Positions 53,552-63,094 are shown, numbered from the stretch's first letter. The stretch: DNA of 64,000 bases from an uncultured Chloroflexia bacterium (GCA_963810095.1 CAWEMM010000008.1:32001-96000); one strand, 5' to 3'. Made by a program: numbers and translations. Notes: generated from the sequence alone by a model not told the origin.

Positions 53552-54541
53552 TCACGGGCCGATCCCCCGGGTATAGAGGAATGCCAGGCCTGCGCCATAG
53601 ACGACGATGATCGCGAGCGCATCGGCTTCCACGAACAGCAGGCGCCGCTCGACACGTGCCAGGTTGCCGATCAGGGCCAACCCAGTGAGCACGAGGCCGA
53701 GGAGCGCGACCAGGGCGAACGCGGGCGGAATGGCGCTCAGGAAGGGGCCGGGCCGGTAGAAGAAGTCGCTAATGCCCAGCGCCAGCATGTTGAACGCGTT
53801 GCTGCCGAAGAGGTTGCCGATAGCGAGGTCGTAGGCGCCCAGACGCACGGCCGCGATCGAGGTCGCGACCTCGGGCAGCGAGGTCACCACGGCCACTAAC
53901 GCCGTGCCGACGAAGCCCGTCCCCATCCCCGTCAGCTCGGCAATCTGCTTGCTGCTGCTCACCAGCCACGGTGAGACCAGCACCAGGATGAGCGTGGCGC
54001 CGCCGAAACCCAACAAGGCCACCCAGAGCCGCGGCACACCGGCCAGCTCTTCCGGCTCGAGCGGCGTCTCACCTGCCGCGGCATTGTTGGACTGTATCAG
54101 GCGCACGCCGATGACATAGGTGGCGATCAGCAACAGGCTGTCGACACCGACATGCCCGATGGTGATGTCGACGTCGGCCAGAATGAAGAATGCGGCCATC
54201 CCGATCAACAAGGTGGCCAGGCTGGCGGTGAGCGCATGCTTCAGGGCGACGCGGCGCAAGATGCGGGCCTGGCGGCCAACGACATCGAGGACGGCCAGCA
54301 GCAGCATGTTGAACATGTTGCTGCCCATCAGGTTACCCGCGGCCAGCTCGGGCACACCCTGGCTAAAGGCGTTGATCGTCGTCAGAAGCTCGGGCAGCGA
54401 GGTCGCGCCCGCGAGCAGCAACGTGCCGACGAAGAGGCGGCCCAGGCCGGTGCGGGCGGCGATCGCATCGCCGTACTGTGCGAGCTTCGTCGCGGCAAAT
54501 ACGAGCAGCGCAGAGCTGCCGAAGAAGATGAGCCAGGGCAC
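53552..54541 (-). CDS. Sodium:calcium exchanger family protein
   Basis: Two alpha-repeats ATSLPEL..GNLMGSNMFN and VTSLPEV..GNLFGSNAFN. Confidence 0.92.
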   Translation of the reverse strand: MPWLIFFGSSALLVFAATKLAQYGDAIAARTGLGRLFVGTLLLAGATSLPELLTTINAFSQGVPELAAGNLMGSNMFNMLLLAVLDVVGRQARILRRVALKHALTASLATLLIGMAAFFILADVDITIGHVGVDSLLLIATYVIGVRLIQSNNAAAGETPLEPEELAGVPRLWVALLGFGGATLILVLVSPWLVSSSKQIAELTGMGTGFVGTALVAVVTSLPEVATSIAAVRLGAYDLAIGNLFGSNAFNMLALGISDFFYRPGPFLSAIPPAFALVALLGLVLTGLALIGNLARVERRLLFVEADALAIIVVYGAGLAFLYTRGIGP

Positions 54542-54905
54542 TAGCGCACTCCGGGATCGGTGGCGCGAGGCGGGGCTCCCTTCATGAAAGCCAGGGGCCA
54601 GGCAGCCCAACTCCCGGCGCCCGAGACTGCGAGATCGCCCACCACCAGTTCGGTGGCCGTCAGGCACTGCTCTGCCGCCGCCTCGATCGGGGACGATGCC
54701 GAACAGGGTGAAGTTGGCCTGTTCGGTTTCAATCCCGAGGTTCTCGACGTTGCGCCGCGCGATGTACAAGCCCGAGCGCGGAACGGCGCCGGTGCGCTCC
54801 TGCGCCTTCGACCGAGGTGAGGCCCACTGCCCCCGACTTTGTCCAGCCTGCCACTACTTCATCGAGGTGATCCACGTCATCCAGGACCAGCATGATCATG
54901 AACAC
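54541..54905 (-). CDS. Second PII-like small protein (frameshifted)
   Basis: MFMIMLVLDDVDHLDEVVAGW..NFTLFGIVP..ATELVVGDL..AWPLAFMKG aligns by eye with 51512-51877. Confidence 0.65.
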
Positions 54906-54908
54906 CTT

Positions 54909-56021
54909 CTACGCCTCCCAGGAACGCTCGCCTTCCATCACGAACTGCGTCAACTCCGAGACGCTCAACTTATCGATACCCAACTTGTCGAGCGTCCGTC
55001 CCCGCCGCCAGTAGTCGGTGCGGTGGATGACGCACGCCAGCCGAATGATGGCATCCATGCCGCGGACCGAAACCCCGAAGTGCTGGCCGAGCGCCGCGAT
55101 GGGCACGAGGCTCATCGGCACGTCTTCGAAGATGTAGCGATGGTTGAGGGTGCTGGGCGCATTGATGCCGAAGTACCCCGGCTGGTTGTGAATCGCTTCG
55201 TTGAGGTCGGCGCCATCCGCATCATACGCCAGCTTAAGCCACTCCAGGCCGGTGCGCCCGCGCAAGCCGAGCGAGGCGGCCACGGTTACGCGCTCGCGGT
55301 CCAACGCTTCGAGCACGCGGGCAACCGACTGCGTCACGCCGTCAATGTAGAACTGAAAGTCGCCGTGTGTGGATTCGATGCGCCCGGCGTTCAGGATGGT
55401 AAGCGCCGGGTGAAAGATGGCGCCCATGTTATTGAGGCCGGTGTGTAGGACACTAACGCCGTCGATGTACTGGGGGTAGGCCGGTAGCAGCGCGTCCAGC
55501 ACCCGCGGCGTGCGCGTCGCAGGTAGTGCGGCGACGGGCACGGCCTCTTTGATGCGGAAGATGCGCGCCTGGGCCGGACCGTCCGAGCGGCTGGCATAGA
55601 TGAACGTTTCGGCCTCGGCGACCGTGACGTCGGCGCGGCAGCCGTGATCGCGCAGCACCTTGTCGAACTCGATGGCGCCCAGTGTGCGGCCCGGATGCAA
55701 GACAAGGATCTGGCCGTCTCGGAGGTGCGGCGCGGCAGCCTTCGCGATATCGGCGTGGGCGGAAGAAGGCACCACCACCATGACCAGGTCGGCAGCGGCG
55801 AGCGCCTCGGCCATGTCGGACGTGACACACCCGATGCGGCCGAAGCCCCGCGGCCCGTCGGCGCTCTCCAAGTCGATGCCGCCGCGTGCCTTGATGGCGG
55901 CTACCCGCTCGGGCGTCCGGTTGTAGAGCGTGACCTGGCAGCCCAACAAGGCCAGGTGCGCGGCCATCGCCTTGCCGCCGTGGCCCGCGCCGATCACGGC
56001 ATAGGTTCGAGATGTCGGCAT
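54909..56021 (-). CDS. NAD/NADP octopine/nopaline (opine) dehydrogenase family protein
   Basis: AVIGAGHGG Rossmann motif, NMGAIFHP, FQFYIDGVT, RYIFEDVP. Confidence 0.9.
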   Translation of the reverse strand: MPTSRTYAVIGAGHGGKAMAAHLALLGCQVTLYNRTPERVAAIKARGGIDLESADGPRGFGRIGCVTSDMAEALAAADLVMVVVPSSAHADIAKAAAPHLRDGQILVLHPGRTLGAIEFDKVLRDHGCRADVTVAEAETFIYASRSDGPAQARIFRIKEAVPVAALPATRTPRVLDALLPAYPQYIDGVSVLHTGLNNMGAIFHPALTILNAGRIESTHGDFQFYIDGVTQSVARVLEALDRERVTVAASLGLRGRTGLEWLKLAYDADGADLNEAIHNQPGYFGINAPSTLNHRYIFEDVPMSLVPIAALGQHFGVSVRGMDAIIRLACVIHRTDYWRRGRTLDKLGIDKLSVSELTQFVMEGERSWEA

Positions 56022-56047
56022 GTTTCCTCCTCCGCGCAGGGGCTTCC

Positions 56048-57394
56048 TCAGTCCTGCGGCGCGCCCTTGGTGCGTCCCATCCAGTCCAGGTTCGCAAACT
56101 CGCCGAAGTGCTCCTTGAAGATGCGGTAGTACTGGAGCTCTTCCTTCGTCCGCAGCTGCCAGCCGTTCGGCAGGACACGCTCGGCCTCGAAGTCGCGATC
56201 CGAAACGCGGCTGCCCGCGTAGTCCGCCAGCAAGTCGCCAACCCCCGCGCCCTCCCAGAACTTGGACTTCGTCCGGGTGAGGATCTTGTCCGGCAGCAGG
56301 CCGATTAAAGCCTGGCGCAGGATCCACTTTTCGACGCCATCGCGCAGCTTCAGCTCGGTGGGTATGCGCAGCGCATAGTCGACGAAATCAAGACCCAGAA
56401 ACGGCACGTGCGCGAGCAGGCCGTGCGCCGCAGAGCAGCGGTCGACCCGCTGCAGCGCGGTGTTGTGGAGGCGCTTCGTGATGTCGAGCAACTCGGAGGT
56501 CAGCGCGGCCTGCGGCATCTCCTTCAGGTAGGCGTAGCCGGCGAACAACTCGTCGCCGCCCTCTCCCGAAAGAGTGGCCGGCGCATAATCCGCCGCGGCG
56601 CGACCGGCGAGGTAGTTGATGATGCTGGAGCGCACCAGCAGGGCATCAAATGACTCGAGGTGATAAATGACAGCCGGAAGCACGGCGAGCATTTCGTCGA
56701 AAGTGACCTCGATCTCGTGGTGTTGCGAGCCGATGAAGGATGCGACCGTGCGAGCCGCGGCCAGATCCGGCGCGCCGCATACTCCTGCCGCAAAGGTGTG
56801 CAAGCGACGCACGGTGCGGGCGGCAAGCGCCGCGATGCCGCTGGAATCGAGGCCCCCCGAGAGCCAACATGCCATGTCGTCCTCGTCCGTGACGCAGTCC
56901 TGCACCGCGGTTGTCATTCGCCGCCGCAAATCCTTCGCAACGCTCGGAAAATCGGCTGCGATGGGTGGTTCGGAATGAAGCCGGTAGAACGGTCGGATCT
57001 CGGCCCCGTCGTACAGGGTGCCGGGAGGCAAGGAACGCACCTCCCTCGAAAATGGCAGGAGCGCCTTGACTTCCGAGGCGAAGTATAGCGCCCCAGCGTC
57101 GCCGTGCGTGTAATACAGCGGCGCAACGCCGAGCGGATCGCGCAGCAGGCTCAACCGGGTCATCTCCGCGGTCGCGCGCGCCATGCGGCCTGAGCCCGCA
57201 CTGTCTTGCGCGGCCTGGGCGCGCTCGAGGGTTTGCCCTGCGAACGCCTGGCTACGCGACCACGCCACGCCCAGGGTCGCGGCCTCGGTCTCGATCACCG
57301 CGCGCCCAGCGGGGCCGCGGTGCGCCTGCACAGCCAACATGGACTGGACGTCGGAACGCGAGCATGGCGGGCTACAGCCAGCGATTGCTGACAT
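56048..57394 (-). CDS. Asparagine-synthetase-like ATP-dependent amide ligase lacking the N-terminal catalytic Cys
   Basis: Starts MSAIAG (AAGGAG RBS); HRGP, RDPLGVAPLYY, FASEVKAL, LSGGLDSS, SGEGGDELFAGY. Confidence 0.87.
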   Translation of the reverse strand: MSAIAGCSPPCSRSDVQSMLAVQAHRGPAGRAVIETEAATLGVAWSRSQAFAGQTLERAQAAQDSAGSGRMARATAEMTRLSLLRDPLGVAPLYYTHGDAGALYFASEVKALLPFSREVRSLPPGTLYDGAEIRPFYRLHSEPPIAADFPSVAKDLRRRMTTAVQDCVTDEDDMACWLSGGLDSSGIAALAARTVRRLHTFAAGVCGAPDLAAARTVASFIGSQHHEIEVTFDEMLAVLPAVIYHLESFDALLVRSSIINYLAGRAAADYAPATLSGEGGDELFAGYAYLKEMPQAALTSELLDITKRLHNTALQRVDRCSAAHGLLAHVPFLGLDFVDYALRIPTELKLRDGVEKWILRQALIGLLPDKILTRTKSKFWEGAGVGDLLADYAGSRVSDRDFEAERVLPNGWQLRTKEELQYYRIFKEHFGEFANLDWMGRTKGAPQD

Positions 57395-57406
57395 TGGTTG
57401 CTCCTT

Positions 57407-59058
57407 CTACTGGCCGGGCAGATCCAGCGCAGCCAGTCGCGTTGCCTCGGGCAAGACCTCCGTGCCGCTTGGCCCGACCGCCACGCAGGCGCCCCGGCGA
57501 TCGATACGCGTCACGACGGACCCGCGCCCGAAGCGGTTGTTGCGCAGCTGCGGCGCGTCGAGGATGCCACTCGTCACGGCGGCGCACAGGGTGCCCGGAT
57601 CAGTAAAGGGATCGTGTACGCCGGTCCCGGCGCGGCCGCCGATCGCTTGGAGTGTCAGCCGAGCTTCTGCCGCCAGCTCGGCGGCGCGTTCCTGCACGCG
57701 CATCGTTTCCAGCATGTCCGGCGCGCCGGCCAGCGCGTTCTCGATGGCCCGCCGCGCCACCTTGCATGCCGCAATCACATCCTCGGCCGTCGCCGCGTGG
57801 TGCGCCTCGGTATGGCCCACGACGTGCACGATATGCGGCTTGAGGGCCATCTGCAGATAAGTCGCTGCGGCCAGGTGGCCGCGTGCGGCCTCGGGATCCA
57901 GCGGGTGGCTCAGCAGGCCGACGCGAACCTGACGGTAGATGCGGAAGTCCTCTCCAGCGAGCGGCTCAATGAGTTGGAGACACGCCTGCATCTTCGCCAG
58001 ATCCATGGCATCGGACAGGCCCGGTGGGCTGTTGAACATGAATTGCGCGATGTAGTCGTGGACGCCGGACGCGCGCGGCGTTGTAGGCGGAGAGATAGGC
58101 GGCAACGACGAAGACGACGTCCGGCGCATCGCGCATGCCCCAGTGATGCGGCTCGTTGAGCTCGACGGGGATATTCGCTCGACCCGTACCAGGCCATCAA
58201 CTCCTGATGGAGACGGATCGACGACGCCAGGTCGTGTGGCCCGCGGCCGTCCATGGCGTTGAACCAGAAGAGCGGCACTGCCGCCCACGCGATGTTGATG
58301 GTATCCACGTACATCTCGGCAAGACGCACGAAGTCGTCAGTTCCCGAGTAGGTGCGCATGAGGGGGAAGTTGCCGCGGCGGCTGGCGGCATAGAGCGCGC
58401 GGTAGTTCTCCGGGCTCCGCACCGGCACCCCGCCGGCGCCGGTGCGCCGCGGGTCCTGGCGCTCCGGATGAAAGAAGTTCTCCTGCGCATCCTGGTCCGT
58501 GCCGAGCGAGATGACGTCGAGCACCTTCGCGTCGGCGATCTGCACGATCCCTGCCAACGTCGCTTCCATCGTCGGCAGGCCGAAATGGTGCCGGATCAGC
58601 GGGTACGGCGCCTTCCAGGCGATCCGCTCGACGGTCGACTGCGGGTAGGCATCCTCAGTTGCGGCTGCGGGGGAACCGCGCAGATATGCGGTTACTTCTT
58701 CAGGCGGCTGCGAGCCGTCGAAAACCCGCTCGAAGAAGCCGATCCTGGCGGCCCGTTCGGCCACGGGCGGCGTGCCGCCGAACGCGAACCGCACCCCACG
58801 CTCGCGGAGGTCGTCGGCCGCCTCGGCGAACTCGGCCAACAGCCGCTCGCCGGTGTCCGGTGTCAGACGGTACGAGATGCCGACGAGGTCCGCGCCTTCA
58901 GTCACCGCTACGTGCAGCACTCGCTCCACCGGTACTGCGGGGCCGAGAAAGACCGTGCGCCAGCCGGCCGCCTCCGCGAGGCGCAGGAAGTTCATCACAC
59001 CCGCGACGTGCACGCACTCCCCTAACGCGGCGGCCACAACCGTCTTCTGTCCCACCAT
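57407..59058 (-). CDS. Cobalamin-binding-domain enzyme (B12 domain + probable TIM-barrel), frameshifts near 58080-58190
   Basis: GECVHVAG (His-on motif variant), GISYRL, FGGT; long conserved-looking C-terminal catalytic region. Confidence 0.8.
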
Positions 59059-59098
59059 AAACGGCGCCCCTCTCACGGAAATTTCATCCGCATTCATC

Positions 59099-59150
59099 TT
59101 GACAAAGGATCATTCCTCCCTATACTACAAGTGTTACTTCCCGGTGTCAA
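59099..59150. promoter_or_regulatory. Overlapping divergent sigma70 promoters
   Basis: Plus: TTGACA 59099, 16 bp, TATACT 59121. Minus: TTGACA (59150-59145), 17 bp, TAGTAT (59127-59122). Confidence 0.65.
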
Positions 59151-59174
59151 GTCGCACCCCAGAAGGAGCGCAAG

Positions 59175-59999
59175 ATGGCGCAAACCGAACCCCTACCCAA
59201 TCTTTTGCTGATGATACGTGGACTGCTGCCCTCGCTCAACGAGCAGGAGCAGAAGGTCGGCCAGTACGTGCTGGACCACCCGTACGAGGTCATCCATCTC
59301 GCCATGGTGGAGCTTGCCGAGCGCTGCGGCGTCGGCGACACGACGATCTTCCGCTTCTGCCGCCGGGTGAAGACGGAGGGGTACCAGGATTTCAAGATCG
59401 CCCTCGCGCAGGAACTGACGCCCGCCAACCCACCCGTGTACGAGGCGGTCGCGGCGGGCGACAGCGCGGCCGCGGCCGCGCAAAAGGCGATCGCCGGCGA
59501 CGTCAAGGCGCTGGAGGACACGCTCCGCGTGCTCGACCTGGCGGCGTTGGACCGGGCCGGCGACGCCCTGCTGCGGGCGCGACGCGTCGACGTCTACGGG
59601 TCGGGCGGCGCCGCGGTCGCCGCACACGAGCTGCAGTACAAGCTGCTGCGGCTCGGGCGTGCGCGCGCTGGCGCTCACCGACGCGCAGATGGAGGTCATG
59701 TCCGCCGGGATGCTCACGGCAGACGACGTGGCGGTGGGGTTTTCGCACTCGGGCACGGCCGCGGACGTGCGTCAGGCGCTGGCCAAGGCGAAAGAGTGCG
59801 GCGCGACCACGATCGCGGTCACCAACCACCCAGCCTCGCCGATCGCACAGCTGGCCGACATCAGCCTCTGCACGGCCGCGCAGGACGCGGTCGGGCATGG
59901 CTATCCGCTGGGCGCACGGGTAGCTCAGGTCGGCCTGATCGACGTGCTGTATACGTGCCTCTTGCTCAAGCAGGGAAATGCGGTCCGAAGCTCAAATAG
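59175..59999 (+). CDS. MurR/RpiR family regulator (HTH + SIS), frameshift near 59658
   Basis: ELAERCGVGDTTIFRFCRRV..GYQDFK; SIS motifs YGSGG, FSHSG, AVTN. Confidence 0.9.
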   Translation: MAQTEPLPNLLLMIRGLLPSLNEQEQKVGQYVLDHPYEVIHLAMVELAERCGVGDTTIFRFCRRVKTEGYQDFKIALAQELTPANPPVYEAVAAGDSAAAAAQKAIAGDVKALEDTLRVLDLAALDRAGDALLRARRVDVYGSGGAAVAAHELQYKLLRLGRARAGAHRRADGGHVRRDAHGRRRGGGVFALGHGRGRASGAGQGERVRRDHDRGHQPPSLADRTAGRHQPLHGRAGRGRAWLSAGRTGSSGRPDRRAVYVPLAQAGKCGPKLK

Positions 60000-60012
60000 T
60001 GGGGAGCCAGCA

Positions 60013-60495
60013 ATGATCGCCTCGTGCATGAAACGCCAGGTGGTGTCGGTTGGGCTGGAGACGACGGCTGAAGAGGCCGCGCGCCTCGTCATGTCGCACC
60101 ACATCGGCACGCTGCCGGTGGTAGATGAGCAGGGCGTGCTGGTCGGGGTCGTCCGCCTGCAAGACCTGCTGCAGGTGTTCATGCCCGACTTTGTGGCGCT
60201 GCTCGACAACATCGACTTCATTCCCAGCTTCGGCGCCGTCGAGATCCTGCAGCCCCACGACCTGCCGGGCGCTCGGAATCGGCCGATGCGAGACCTGATG
60301 CAGGAGCCGGTCTCGGTCGAGCAGACGTCCGGGTTGCTGCGCGCGCTCGCAACACTGTCCAAACACCAGCTGGCGGATCTGCCCGTGGTCAACGACGCGG
60401 GCGCGCTCGTCGGCATCGCCTCGCGCGTGGACATCGCGGCCGAGTTCTTCGCCCGCTGGCTGCAGGCTGCGTCGTCGCAGCGGCCGCAGCGGTGA
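60013..60495 (+). CDS. CBS domain protein
   Basis: HIGTLPVVDEQGVLVGVV; LPVVNDAGALVGIASRVD. Confidence 0.85.
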   Translation: MIASCMKRQVVSVGLETTAEEAARLVMSHHIGTLPVVDEQGVLVGVVRLQDLLQVFMPDFVALLDNIDFIPSFGAVEILQPHDLPGARNRPMRDLMQEPVSVEQTSGLLRALATLSKHQLADLPVVNDAGALVGIASRVDIAAEFFARWLQAASSQRPQR

Positions 60496-61788
60496 ACCTG
60501 TCCCAGTTTGCCGCAACCGCGGTGTTCGTGGCCACGTTTGTCGCCATCCTGTCCGAGCGTCTGCACCGGACGATCGCGGCGATGGCCGGCGCGGGCGTGA
60601 TGCTCGTCGTCGGGATGATCGCTGGGCTTCTACGACCAGGAAGCGGCTCTGCGCGCGATCGACTTCAACACGCTCGGACTGCTGCTCGGCATGATGATCC
60701 TTGTCCGCATGCTGCAGCAGACCGGCTTCTTTCAGTTTGCCGCGATTGCGGTGGGGAAACGGGCGCGCGGCCGCCCGCTCCTGCTCCTTGTCGCGCTGGG
60801 CACGCTCACGACGGTCCTCTCGATGTTCATGGACAACGTGACCACCGTCGTGCTCATCGCGCCGGTGACGATCCTGATCGCCGAGATCCTGGGCATCAGC
60901 CCGATCCCGCTGTTGATGGCTGAGGCGCTGCTTTCCGACACCGGCGGCGTCGCGACCCTGGTGGGCGATCCGCCGAACGTCCTGATCGGGTCGGCCGCCG
61001 GGTTCAGCTTCGTTGCCTTCCTCACCCACCTCGCGCCGATCGTGCTGGTCGCCTGGCTGGTCGCACTCGTCGTGCTGCGGATCGTCTTTCGGCGCGAGCT
61101 CAAGCAGGGGCCGCGGGACGTCGCTGCGCTGCTCGAGATGGACGAACGAGCCGGCCTCCACGATCCGGTCGCGCTGCGGAAGATCCTGATCACGCTGGGC
61201 GGGGTCATCCTGTTGTTCTTCCTGCAGGAGCGGCTGCACCTCGCGCCGGGCGCCATCGCGCTGCTGGGAGCCGCGGCCGCGCTGCTGTGGGTGCGCCCGG
61301 ACGTCGAGGAGACGCTCCGGCACATCGAGTGGCCCGTCCTGCTGTTCTTCGCGGCCCTGTTTGTCGCGACCGGCGGACTGCAGGCTTCAGGCGTTCTGGC
61401 GCTGCTCGCCGACCGGGTGGCGGGTCTCGCCCAGGATGACCTTCTGGCCGCGAGCTTACTCATGCTCTGGCTGGCTGCCGGCATCTCGGCAGTCGTCGAC
61501 AACATCCCGTTTACGATCGCGATGCTGCCGGTCATCGCACAGCTGGGCACGCTGGGCGTAAATGCCGTCCCGCTCTACTGGGCGCTGGCCCTGGGTGCGG
61601 GGTTCGGCGGAAACGGGACGCCGATCGGTTCAACCGCTAACGTAATCACCGTTTCGCTCAGCGAGAAAACCCGCACGCCAATCACGACGCGCATCTGGCT
61701 GCGTTCGGGGCTGCCGGTCATGCTGGCGACGTGCGCGGTTGCGACGTTGATGTTCGTCCTGTTCTTCGGCTGGATGCAGACGCGGTGA
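60492..61788 (+). CDS. ArsB/NhaD (IT superfamily) permease, frameshift near 60630
   Basis: DNVTTV, TLVGDPPN, SAVVDNIPF, GGNGTPIGSTANV. Confidence 0.9.
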
Positions 61789-61815
61789 CCTCGCGCGGGA
61801 CGGAGGCACGGTAGG

Positions 61816-61995
61816 ATGCAGCGACTTCCGATCCTGGTGGTCTTGCTCAGCGCGCTGGGCGGGATCTGGTTTCTGGTCCTGGCGGTGCAATTTCTGCGCC
61901 GGGGCGACTGGACGATGGCCGTGCTGGCCGGCGCGGCGGGGCTTGGTCTGTTGTGGTTGGCACGCGAGGATTTCTCCGGGGCGCGCCGGCTATAA
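61816..61995 (+). CDS. 59-aa two-TM hypothetical protein
   Basis: GGAGG upstream; MQRLPILVVLLSALGGIWFLVLAVQFLRRGDWTMAVLAGAAGLGLLWLAREDF. Confidence 0.55.
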   Translation: MQRLPILVVLLSALGGIWFLVLAVQFLRRGDWTMAVLAGAAGLGLLWLAREDFSGARRL

Positions 61996-62302
61996 GGTAT
62001 TGACGCTGTGCGGCCGGTTTGTCTCTGCCCGCAGCAACGCCCGCGCTGACGGGGTCACCGGGAAGTCAAGGGACAGAAGGCGGAGATAAATCTCAGCCCT
62101 GCGCAGAATTCTCGTCCCCTACAACGAGAGTGCGACCCTCATCAAAGGTGAGCCACGAGACTTGCTGGCCGAGCAGGCCCGCATCGCAAGCGCGCAGGCT
62201 CGGCGATCCCATCGTACACACCACCAGCCTGACCCACATCATATACAGGGCGCTCCAATGGGTGTAGAATATGCAAACATTGGTATATAGGGAAGAGAGC
62301 AT

Positions 62303-62692
62303 ATGGGAATGTATGAACGACAAGCAGCTTTGCTAAAGGCCATCGGCCATCCGGTGCGCCTCAAGATTGTCGATTTGCTGCGGACGGAGTCAGAGTGTGT
62401 CTGCCATCTGTCGACTGCGCTGGACAAACCGCAGCCCTATGTATCCCAGCAACTGGCGATCTTGCGCAATGCCGGCGTGATCGTAGACGAGCGTGACGGC
62501 ACAAACATCTTCTACCGCCTTGCGGACGACAATGTCGCGCGCCAGGTGACGGCGGCTTGCCAGGACTGCGACGATGCGGACGCGAACGGCGATGGGAATG
62601 GCCAAGCCAGCCGGATGTTGGCCGACTGCAACTGTCCGAAGTGCTTGATGGCGCGCGGACTGGGCGCGGAAGCACACCAGGTCAAGTGCTGA
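62303..62692 (+). CDS. arsR: ArsR/SmtB regulator with Cys-rich tail
   Basis: KAIGHPVRL, ECVCHL, VSQQLAILRNAG; upstream of acr3. Confidence 0.88.
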   Translation: MGMYERQAALLKAIGHPVRLKIVDLLRTESECVCHLSTALDKPQPYVSQQLAILRNAGVIVDERDGTNIFYRLADDNVARQVTAACQDCDDADANGDGNGQASRMLADCNCPKCLMARGLGAEAHQVKC

Positions 62693-62783
62693 ACCGATTA
62701 TGCGGCGAGCGATCCTGTTTCGTCGTTGACGGGGAAAAGCCCTGGTCCTTCACACAACATTCTACCCCCTGGAGGCATGCATT

Positions 62784-63065
62784 ATGACCCTACACATCAA
62801 GATTCTCGGCGGCGGTTGCGCCAACTGCGACCGTCTGGCCGCGAAACGCCAAGCAGGCAGTAGCCCAACTTGGCGTGGAAGCGACGTTCGAGAAGAGCGG
62901 CGACTACACGGAGTACCCCGGTACAGCCTGCTGGCCACGCCCGGCTTGGTCGTGAACGACAAGCTCCTAAGCGGCGGCCGCGTCCCGTCTCCCGAGCAGA
63001 TCGTGACGATGTTGGCTAACGTTCTGGCAGGCGGACGCCAATTAGGCCGGCGCCCCACGCAATAA
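62784..63065 (+). CDS. Small redox-active disulfide protein (thioredoxin_3 family), internal frameshifts
   Basis: [29 protein letters not shown]. Confidence 0.8.
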   Translation: MTLHIKILGGGCANCDRLAAKRQAGSSPTWRGSDVREERRLHGVPRYSLLATPGLVVNDKLLSGGRVPSPEQIVTMLANVLAGGRQLGRRPTQ

Positions 63066-63094
63066 GGCCTTCATCCATTCGAAGGAGAAACATT

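Noticed and set aside
59659-60495. RpiR SIS-CBS fusion protein
   Set aside because: The CBS part has its own GGAG RBS and ATG at 60013, with a TAG at 59997 in the neighbouring frame; the fusion probably results from an indel.
62000-62280. Intergenic region before arsR as a structured ncRNA
   Set aside because: Only short local hairpins and no recognisable RNA family motif.
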